A DNA stretch of 64,000 nt from Bacteroidales bacterium. Lineage in GTDB: Bacteria; Bacteroidota; Bacteroidia; Bacteroidales; VadinHA17. Positions 20,018-27,641 of the stretch are shown here, in pieces. The stretch covers positions 1,703 through 65,702 of the forward strand of contig JAXLTU010000009.1 in the NCBI GenBank assembly GCA_046329885.1, given 5' to 3'. The notes beneath the pieces are model-generated. The model made no database searches. It saw only the letters and a list, made by a program, of their open reading frames with translations, and was not told where the DNA came from. The position numbers and the translations under genes are program-made. Within the stretch, counting starts at the first letter, position 1. Every line of letters begins with the position of its first letter.

Positions 20018-20725
20018 ATGAAAAACCTTATTTCTGTATTCTTCTTACTTGCGATAGTAAGTATGGTACAAGCCCAGCCGACCGGCAAGGGCATCAGCAG
20101 TCCACAATCATTTCCCGTGGGTGGTGTATCAGTTATCCTCCCTGTTCCTGACACTTCGTTCGTGGAGGTAGGCAGTAGCAACCGGACAGGAATGGAAGTT
20201 TTTGTTCCTCAGAGTAACAGGTTACTGGGCGCCTATGTTCTGAAAACTGATTTTCCTCAATTGTACAAGGCCGAAGGTAATTCCACCATGGAAAGATACG
20301 CGCTCGTGGAGGTACCCAGGGAAGCAGAAAGTGTTGATTGCGGCCCGGACGATTTCAAGGAAGTGACAACAGGAGCAACCGAATCACTGGGGCCTGCTCT
20401 TGCCCCGGCAATGAAGGAGTCGGAGGATGAGTTCAATAACAGGATGAAATCGATGGACATATCCAACATGCAGGTTAAGATCGGTGAACCCAAGCAGCTT
20501 GGAGTATTTTATTCCAAGGAAGATATGCTGGGAATGGGTCTGCTGGTAAGTTACGAGATCGGGGGAACGCCCATAAGGATGGCAATGACGATAATGCTTA
20601 TCAGGGCGAAGCAAAGATTAATATTTGTTTACCTGTATTCCGAGTTCAAGAGCGAAGACACCATTGTCTGGTTACGTAGGGTTGGTGAGAAATGGGGAGA
20701 TGAAATCCTGAAGGCGAACAGGTAG
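20018..20725 (+). CDS. hypothetical secreted protein
   Basis: Signal peptide MKNLISVFFLLAIVSMVQA; no family recognised. Confidence 0.65.
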   Translation: MKNLISVFFLLAIVSMVQAQPTGKGISSPQSFPVGGVSVILPVPDTSFVEVGSSNRTGMEVFVPQSNRLLGAYVLKTDFPQLYKAEGNSTMERYALVEVPREAESVDCGPDDFKEVTTGATESLGPALAPAMKESEDEFNNRMKSMDISNMQVKIGEPKQLGVFYSKEDMLGMGLLVSYEIGGTPIRMAMTIMLIRAKQRLIFVYLYSEFKSEDTIVWLRRVGEKWGDEILKANR

Positions 20726-20955
20726 AGGAGCACGGGGCAGAAGGGGAAGAAGCACGGGGCACAGAGGGAAGAAGCTCAGAGCACAGGGCACGGGGCACAG
20801 AGCTCAGGGCACGGGGCACGGAGCGCGGGGCACAGGGCTCAGAGGAAGAACCTGTTCTAAATACTGCCTCTACAGCCATTAAAGCCTCTACAGCTTTCTT
20901 TATGGGTGCTCGTTCCTTGGTCCTCGGTAGTGCAGTGCTTGGGGGACATACAAAA
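20726..20955. repeat. mosaic intergenic repeat, locus C
   Basis: Begins right after the stop at 20725. Runs of GCACGGG/GCACAGG/GCTCAGA units, then CCTGTTCTAAATACTGCCTCTACAGCCATTAAAGCCTCTACAGCTTTCTT and GGTGCTCGTTCCTTGGTCCTCGGTAGTGCAGTGCTTG. Confidence 0.9.
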
Positions 20956-21650
20956 GGCTCTGAAAGAGCCAAATATGAATAACCCCCGGTGCAACCGGGG
21001 GTAACCGGACAAACATGCTTCAAGCTCCGAAGGAGCGTGACTACGATCAAGGGAAATACCGCTCATCAATCTCCAATCCCGCTCTCAGGAGCAAGCTTCT
21101 GTATTCTTCCTCAAAAGTCTTTTTCCCATGATGTTCCTGTTGGGAATCTACATAATCAACAAGACTCCCCATGTCAGAATACGAGCAGGTAAATGATCCA
21201 TACCCTTCAGACCAACCATTAAACGATGGAAAATATCCTGAATTTTTCATCCAGTATGATGACGATGCCTTTATCTCTCTCATGAAGTCAGCCAACGCGA
21301 TCGAGGGATGAACATCAGTCAGGATATGAAGATGATTTTCAACTCCGTTAATCCTGTAAATATGGCTGCTCTTGTTCTTGATTATGCCAGTGATATAGGC
21401 ATATAGCTGACCAGAATGATCCTGATTAATAGTAGGGAGTCCATTCTTTGTTCTGAAAACAAGGTGATACAATAGCTGACGATAACTTGACATGGTTAAA
21501 ATAATTTAAGCGGGTAATGCATCGGGTAAGCTAAGTTATTATAACTCGCACCTGGTTCAAAAGATATTTCGCCCTTTCAGGGCTTGATCTCTTGTAGTGG
21601 CATCTACCCCCGGTTGCACCGGGGGTTATTCAGATACAGCCACTTCGTGG
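20956..21650 (-). mobile_element. IS200/IS605-type Y1 transposase (RAYT-like) unit flanked by inverted three-hairpin clusters
   Basis: AATAACCCCCGGTGCAACCGGGGGTA (20978..21003) is the exact reverse complement of 21605..21630. Each copy is bracketed by small hairpins: GGCTCtgaaaGAGCC and GCTCCgaaGGAGC on the left, GCCCTttcAGGGC and GCCACttcGTGGC on the right. Confidence 0.75.
21047..21493 (-). CDS. Y1 (HUH) transposase, IS200/IS605 family / REP-associated tyrosine transposase-like
   Basis: YHLVFRTK start, HUH motif NHLHIL, C-terminal catalytic Tyr context DYVDSQQEHHGKKTFEEEY; 148 aa. Confidence 0.85.
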   Translation of the reverse strand: MSSYRQLLYHLVFRTKNGLPTINQDHSGQLYAYITGIIKNKSSHIYRINGVENHLHILTDVHPSIALADFMREIKASSSYWMKNSGYFPSFNGWSEGYGSFTCSYSDMGSLVDYVDSQQEHHGKKTFEEEYRSLLLRAGLEIDERYFP

Positions 21651-22049
21651 CTTGAAGAATAAGGTTATATAACTTCATACCCAACCTTTACAGCCATTAC
21701 AGCCTCTACTGCTTTCTATAAAGGGTGCTCGTTCCTTGGTTCTCGGTTCTCGGTAGGGCAGTGCTTGTCTTTTACAACATTACAACATACAACTTTACAA
21801 CTACATCATACAGCCTCAACAGCCTTTAGAGCCTCTACAGCTTTCTTCAAAGGGTGCTCGTTCCTTGGTTCTCGGTTCTCGGTAGGGCAGTGCTTGTCTT
21901 TTACAACTTTACAACATACAACTTTACAACTACATCATACCGCCCTTTATAGCATCTCATGACCCTGGCATTCATGCCAGGGATATTGCCAGGGCTATGA
22001 CAACCCTACAACTCTACAACCTTACAACTTACAACTTACAACCTACAAC
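21651..22049. repeat. mosaic intergenic repeat, locus D (contains a 129-bp tandem duplication)
   Basis: Blocks as in loci C/E/F. 21721..21778 is identical to 21850..21907. Hairpin CCCTGGCATTCATGCCAGGG at 21963..21982. Ends in TACAAC-type tandem units that run into the stop codon of the next gene. Confidence 0.9.
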
Positions 22050-23039
22050 CTACTGCTTCTGCAGATTCAGCATGATACCCTGTCCCGATCCGAGCATGTA
22101 GGTAGGCAGCTGTCCGTTCCACTTGTTGATCCACTCGAGGTCGATGATCCTCGGGTTGTTGGATATTGACTGTCCTTTTATCTGCAGTGCCTTCGATTCA
22201 CCTTCAGCCTTTAGGATGGCGATATCTTTCTTTATCGCTTCCTGTTTCTTGAGCTCTTCCTGCTGCTTGGTCACCTCGTAGAGACGCAGGGCTTCCTGCT
22301 CGGCAAGCTTCTTGTCGTTGATGGCTTTCTCGTAGTCGGGGTTATAGTACACCTCCCTCAGGTCGACCTGCTCGAGTATGAGCTTGAAGGGGCCTATCTC
22401 GGCACGTATCCTGCGTATGACCTCGTCCTGTATCTCCTGTCTCCTGATGCTGTACACCTCTATCGGTGTGAAGTTGGAGACTGTAAGTGCCAGGGCTGAT
22501 TTCAGCTTGGGACGTATGACGTTTTCCTCGAGCCAGAGGTAACGGCCGTTATCGCCGCCATCGTTCTCGCTCACGTTAGAGTAGATCCAGCTTGCCTCGT
22601 TGGCATCTATGCGCCACGATACCGACACGTCGAATCCCATCTTGATACCATCTTTCGTTGGTGCCCACACGGCATCAGCATTCGGTTTGGATCCCTCGTC
22701 AGCCTGGTGCGCGCAGGTATATACCCACACGGTCTTGTCCATCCTGAATACATCGTTCCACGGCATGACTACATGCCAGCCCGTGTGAAGCTCGGTGTCA
22801 CGAACCCCTCCGGGTGTGACGATGACTCCAACCTCCTGTGCCGTGATCCTTATGATAAGGCTCATGATGGCAACGAGGAAGAAGCCGGTAATAAGACTCG
22901 GCATGAAATAGGGAAATCTGAACTTGATCTTACCGGGTCTGTCATCATCGCGTCCCCGCGATGGAAAGAGGTAATGAATCAATAATCCAGCCAGGCCGTA
23001 CAGAAGTAACAGCCACGCGATCAATTTTAATGTGTCCAT
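22050..23039 (-). CDS. SPFH/Band 7 (prohibitin-like) domain protein
   Basis: N-terminal TMs, then SPFH-like core (VGVIVTPGGV..HVVMPW..) and a long coiled-coil tail (AEQEALRLYEVTKQQEELKKQEAIKKDIAILKAEGESKA). Confidence 0.75.
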   Translation of the reverse strand: MDTLKLIAWLLLLYGLAGLLIHYLFPSRGRDDDRPGKIKFRFPYFMPSLITGFFLVAIMSLIIRITAQEVGVIVTPGGVRDTELHTGWHVVMPWNDVFRMDKTVWVYTCAHQADEGSKPNADAVWAPTKDGIKMGFDVSVSWRIDANEASWIYSNVSENDGGDNGRYLWLEENVIRPKLKSALALTVSNFTPIEVYSIRRQEIQDEVIRRIRAEIGPFKLILEQVDLREVYYNPDYEKAINDKKLAEQEALRLYEVTKQQEELKKQEAIKKDIAILKAEGESKALQIKGQSISNNPRIIDLEWINKWNGQLPTYMLGSGQGIMLNLQKQ

Positions 23040-23150
23040 TTTATTTTTAGGGTTTAACGACGTGAAATTAATACAAATCCACTACCGCCTGCAAACGGAA
23101 TAGCCTAAAGAGAAAGATTCCGCCATGAATGACGATGAAGAATCGGTGAA

Positions 23151-23690
23151 CAGGCACGGGGCAAGGGGGAAGAAGCACGGGGCTCAGAGCGCAGGGCTCA
23201 GGGGAAGAACCTGTTCTAAATACTGCCTCTACAGCCGTTATGGCCTCTACAGCTTTCTTCAAGGGGCTCAGGGCACGGAGCTCAGGGGAAGAAGGTAATC
23301 GGTGTTCGGTCTTTTACAACTTTACAACATACAACTTTACAACTTCATTATACAGCCTTGTAAAGCCCTTAAGGCCTCTACAGCTTTCTATAAAGGTCCT
23401 CGGTGCTAGGTTCTCGGTTCTCGGTAGTGCAGTGCTTGGGACCAGATTCCGAAAAGACCCAGGACCCAGGACCGGGGACCGGGAAGCGCAGAGCACACTT
23501 GCCTGCCGGAGCGATAGCGGAGGCAGGGGGGAAGAAGGTGCTCTTTATGCAGCCCTTTATTGCATCTATAGCCTCTAGAGCTTTCTTTAAAGGTGCTCGG
23601 TCTTTTACAACTTTACAACATACAACTTTACAACCGTATGACCCTGGCATTCATGCCAGGGTTATTGCCAGGGATAAACTACCAAAAACC
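23151..23690. repeat. mosaic intergenic repeat, locus E
   Basis: Longest copy, with all block types. Also has hairpin CTTGCCTGCCGGAGCGATAGCGGAGGCAGGGGGG (23499..23530) and CCCTGGCATTCATGCCAGGG (23642..23661). Confidence 0.9.
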
Positions 23691-25133
23691 CTACCTGCTG
23701 TTCTGAAGCTGGAGGAAAAGTGCCACGACCTTATCCGCAAACTCATCGCTAACGAAGTCAACATACTGAAGATCTATTGCACCGGTCTGCTTCCCTTTGG
23801 AGTCGAGCATCTCCACGCATTGCGCCCTGTCGATACAGTCGAACAGCACATCGATCTCGGTGGCCGACCCGGGTCTCCTTATCTTGTGGATCTTCACCTT
23901 GTCGATATTGCAGCTGAAAAATACCTTCTGGTTAATGAACATGCCTGTAAGGGTCCTTGTCTTCGGATCGAAGGCGAAGGCTGTCTTGTTATTCACCGCG
24001 AATACCTTAGTCAGCTTGTTGATCTGGTAAAGGATCTTTTCTGCCGGGCTATCTGGGTTGACTACGGTTGATGATGCCGTTTTGGGTTTGTTGATCACGG
24101 AGTCTGGAATACCGGAATTGATCTCTTCAATCCTTGGCTTTCCCGTGAAGGGAAAATCGAGATAAGCAATAAACGGCTTGTTGTTGTCAACAAAGATCGA
24201 GTAATAATATGCCTTACCCTCCTTTGCCTCACCGGATTTATATTCATACCACCAGCCATTCTTTGCATTATAAACGTTGTAACTATACGTGTAGGTGGGC
24301 TTTTTGTCACCTGACTTGACATAATTGAGTGTAAAAAGATAAACACCGTTCCCTATTTGTGAAATCCTTTCACCTGACAGCTGCGTCTTGTTATCGTTTT
24401 TCCCCATGAAGGCCCACTGGTCGCCCTTGAACATGACAGAGTTATATCGTCCATATCCTTCTTTGTTATAAACACTGAAATTCAGGATCGGGAACTGGTT
24501 CACGACCTGGATGTTATTGTCGGAGTAGTAAACTTTTGGAGGGAAATTCCCGAGTAGTATCCAGTTATTATCAAGAAGCCTGTACACGTAGGCCAGGTCA
24601 TTCCCGTTCACTGTAAGATATAGATCGCCATCGTCTTCAACAAGGCTGAGGTATGAAATTTTTGTTACCTGAAAACCGATATAGTCCTTGAGATATGATA
24701 TTCCTGTATCGTGAAACAGGACCCATTTATCGTTCGCGTATTTTGCCACCTCCAGGCTCCCTCTATCAGTGACAAAGGCCATGCACAGGGTGTCCCTCAG
24801 GAAAGCCAGTGAAGGCATTGTTCCATAATCGTTTGAAAGTGAAAGCTCAGGCAATACCGGGACCCAGGTGTTATTCTCGAACTTCACGAGCGTGTACAGT
24901 TTCTTTGGTTTCTTGCTGAAATCCAGGGCTATCCCGTAGGTATTATTGCCATGCTGGTACATTTTCATTATAAACCGGTCTTTATCAAGACCAACCCTCC
25001 CGTTGCTTGAAATGTTTTCATATTTAAGTGTCCGGCCAGTAATGTTCTGCGATCTTACCGCGACCGTCAGCAGCAGAAAAAGCCCGCAAATCAGAAATAC
25101 CGGGTAATGTCTAAGGATAAAATTGTTTTTCAT
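23691..25133 (-). CDS. hypothetical secreted protein
   Basis: 480-aa ORF with signal-anchor YPVFLICGLFLLLTVAVRSQ; repetitive beta-rich sequence; no family recognised. Confidence 0.7.
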   Translation of the reverse strand: MKNNFILRHYPVFLICGLFLLLTVAVRSQNITGRTLKYENISSNGRVGLDKDRFIMKMYQHGNNTYGIALDFSKKPKKLYTLVKFENNTWVPVLPELSLSNDYGTMPSLAFLRDTLCMAFVTDRGSLEVAKYANDKWVLFHDTGISYLKDYIGFQVTKISYLSLVEDDGDLYLTVNGNDLAYVYRLLDNNWILLGNFPPKVYYSDNNIQVVNQFPILNFSVYNKEGYGRYNSVMFKGDQWAFMGKNDNKTQLSGERISQIGNGVYLFTLNYVKSGDKKPTYTYSYNVYNAKNGWWYEYKSGEAKEGKAYYYSIFVDNNKPFIAYLDFPFTGKPRIEEINSGIPDSVINKPKTASSTVVNPDSPAEKILYQINKLTKVFAVNNKTAFAFDPKTRTLTGMFINQKVFFSCNIDKVKIHKIRRPGSATEIDVLFDCIDRAQCVEMLDSKGKQTGAIDLQYVDFVSDEFADKVVALFLQLQNSR

Positions 25134-25345
25134 ATAATAAATTTTAAATCGACTCTATAAACCTTCCAGGCGACTCATATTAATTAAATCACGACCAGTC
25201 AGAAACTTAAGGTTAAAGTTTACGATGGCCCTCCCGGTTTTCCCTCGTGAGCCATCACCCGTACTTTAAATATAGTGATAAAGACAAAAGTCAAAAAGCC
25301 TTTTCGATTTTTTAACAGTTTTTATTCCGCAAAGCCGGGCGAGAG

Positions 25346-25725
25346 GTGGGGAAGAAGCACGGGGCACAGGGCTCAGGGCACAGAGCACACTTGCCTGCCG
25401 GAGCAACAGCGGAGGCAGGGGGGAGGAAGGAACTCTTTATAAAGCTTTTTACAGTACTTATAGCTTCTACTGCTTTATCATAAGGTGCTGGGTGCTAGTT
25501 GCTAGGTACTGGGTGCTGGGTCTATTACAACTTTACAACCTACAACTTTACAACTACATCATACAGCCTTTAAAGCCTCTACAGCTTTCTATAAGGTCCT
25601 CGGTGCTTGGTCTTTTACAACTCTACAACATACAACTTTACAACTACATTATACCGCCCTTTATAGCATCTCATGACCCTGGCATTAATGCCAGGGATAG
25701 TACAACCTTACAACTTTACAACTTA
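25346..25725. repeat. mosaic intergenic repeat, locus F
   Basis: GGGGAAGAAGCACGGGGCACAGGGCTCAGGGCACAGAGC, hairpin TTGCCTGCCGGAGCAACAGCGGAGGCAGGGGGG (25391..25422), TACAAC units, hairpin CCCTGGCATTAATGCCAGGG (25677..25696). Runs into the adh stop codon. Confidence 0.9.
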
Positions 25726-26895
25726 CAACTGCTCCTCCAGCACCATCCTCACAACCTCCGGTGTGACGAGCTGCCTGTCGCCGAATGCCTTCCATCCCCT
25801 GTCGTCGAAGCGCTTCACTATGGCGTTGATGGTATCCTGGCCGACCCCGTATGCCGACAACCTGACCGGGACATCCAGCGAGAGGAAGAACTCCTCGGTG
25901 CGGGCGATTGTTTTTGTTATTCGTTCCTGTTCGGTGCCGCCGGTGATGCCCCACACCCTCTCGCCGTACTGGAGCAGCTTCTCCTTCTTCTCCTCGCGGA
26001 GGACCTTCCATAAGCCGGGCAGCACTATCGCCAGCGTGCGGCCATGATCGATGCCGTGGAAGGCTGTCAGCTCGTGACCGATGGTGTGCACTGACCAGTC
26101 GCCCGGGACGCCCAGGCTGATGAGTCCGTTGAGGGCCATGGTGGCGCTCCACATCAGGTTCGACATGGCGTCGTAGTCGGCGGGATTGGCATAGACAGCC
26201 GGTGCCTGCTCGACGAGGGTGACCAGTATGGCTTCAGCGAAACGGTCCTGTATGGGCGAGTTGACAGGGTAGGTGAGGTATTGTTCTATCACGTGGACGA
26301 AGGCATCGACTATGCCGTTGGCCACCTGTTTGCGCGGCAGGGTGCCGGCGGCGTCGGGCAGCAGTACGGAGAATCGCGGATAGACGAGTGGTGACGAGAA
26401 GGCCAGCTTCTCGGTAGTGGCTTTTTTGGAGATCACCGAGTTGGCGTTCATCTCGGTACCCGTGGCGGGCAGTGTGAGCACAGCGCCGAAGGGCATGGCC
26501 GCTTTGATAGTAGCGTTTTCAGACAGTATCTTCCAGGGATCGCCGTCGGTGAACAGGGCGGCCGCGGCGATGAACTTGACGGCATCGATACTCGATCCGC
26601 CGCCTGCCGCGACGAGGAAGCTTATCTTTTCCTTCTTTATCAGCTCGACAGCCTTCATGCAGGTCTCGTAGGAAGGGTTTGGTTCTATGCCTGCGAACTC
26701 GCTCACGGTGAACGGGGCGAGGGCCGACATGATGGAGTCGTACACGCCGTTGGCTTTTATGCTGCCTCCGCCGTAGAGGACGAGCACCCTCGATCCGGTG
26801 GGTATATGTGGTGTTATTTTCTGTACCTGGTCTTTCCCGAAGAAGATCCTGACTGGGTTGTGATATTCGAATTCTTTCATGATGTAGTGATTCAA
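25723..26895 (-). CDS. iron-containing (group III) alcohol dehydrogenase, YqhD/butanol dehydrogenase-like
   Basis: YHNPVRIFFG, VLVLYGGGSIKANG, GGGSSIDAVKF, SVHTIGHELTAFHGIDHG metal-binding His pattern. ATG 26880 (MKEFEYHNP) is a plausible alternative start. Confidence 0.9.
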   Translation of the reverse strand: MNHYIMKEFEYHNPVRIFFGKDQVQKITPHIPTGSRVLVLYGGGSIKANGVYDSIMSALAPFTVSEFAGIEPNPSYETCMKAVELIKKEKISFLVAAGGGSSIDAVKFIAAAALFTDGDPWKILSENATIKAAMPFGAVLTLPATGTEMNANSVISKKATTEKLAFSSPLVYPRFSVLLPDAAGTLPRKQVANGIVDAFVHVIEQYLTYPVNSPIQDRFAEAILVTLVEQAPAVYANPADYDAMSNLMWSATMALNGLISLGVPGDWSVHTIGHELTAFHGIDHGRTLAIVLPGLWKVLREEKKEKLLQYGERVWGITGGTEQERITKTIARTEEFFLSLDVPVRLSAYGVGQDTINAIVKRFDDRGWKAFGDRQLVTPEVVRMVLEEQL

Positions 26896-27291
26896 TTGTT
26901 ACCCGGCAAAAATAAAGATAAAAACAGCAAGTGGTAGATAAAAAGACATTGGCTATTCACACAGCCCCCGGCTAAAAATCTAAAATTTTCCAGATATAGA
27001 TATGCCGTGTTTATAATATTATTTAAATTAGTAATGATAAAAGATGTGAAAGCCGTCAGGCTGTAGAATAGATGGATTTCAACGAATGAAAGTGCTGGTT
27101 GCATTACTGTGACTGACGGGGCGAAGCTGTGAGAAGAGGGGAGGTTTTTGAGGGGATTTTGAAACATAAAAATGTTACTTTATCATGATCATGGGAAAAG
27201 CTTAAGGTAATAGTGTCTGTTATATAATCAAGTTAGCTGCCAGGCAATGCACCGAACACACAGTATACCAGGACTTTGCCATCGCACAAGC

Positions 27292-27430
27292 AAGAGTTAT
27301 GTAGCCCGTCCCTGCAACCTTCCCGTCGCTGCAAAACACAACTTGTCCCGCCTCAGCGGGATGCTTCTTTGCCCATCCGGACTCCGCCATCTAGACAACT
27401 TTATGATGACAAAACTACACCCGCCATCCT
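27292..27430. repeat. island-boundary repeat, copy 1 (degenerate, rearranged)
   Basis: AGAGTTATGTAGCCCGTCCCTGCAACC followed by TTCCCGTCGCTGCAAAACACA. These are the same two motifs as in copies 2 and 3, but adjacent and in the opposite order. Confidence 0.5.
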
Positions 27431-27641
27431 TTCAGAACAAGAAAGAAGATACAAATAGCAAACCGTTGTCAATTAATTGTTTTTCACCAGATCATACCAT
27501 TATAATAAACCAATTTTTTAACTTTAAGACTATATTAATATGCGCAAATTAATATCGTAAATATATTTTCATCTCAATAAATAATATTTCACTTTCTAAT
27601 AAATTGCTTTTAAGCATCTTAATAACTAAAATGTTTACGCT

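Noticed and set aside
20646-21069. Minus-strand ORFs 20646..21050 and 20857..21069
   Set aside because: Low-complexity Pro/Ser/Ala translations of repeat locus C and the hairpin cluster; no start context.
21765-21962. 65-aa ORF (MSFTTLQHTTLQLHHTA...)
   Set aside because: It lies entirely within repeat locus D. Its internally repeated peptide is just the translation of the 129-bp duplication and the TACAAC units.
23240-24071. + strand ORFs 23240..23578 and 23403..24071
   Set aside because: The first part translates mosaic repeat locus E. The rest is antisense to the well-supported 480-aa gene 23691..25133.
25492-26152. ORFs 25492..26013 (+), 25673..26047 (+) and 25685..26152 (-)
   Set aside because: They start in repeat locus F and run through, or in alternative frames of, the GC-rich alcohol dehydrogenase gene, whose own frame has unmistakable Fe-ADH motifs.
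27247-27552. ORFs 27247..27552 and 27276..27458
   Set aside because: They cover island-boundary repeat copy 1 and AT-rich spacer, give Pro/Ser/Cys-rich low-complexity translations, and have no homologous ORF at repeat copies 2 and 3.
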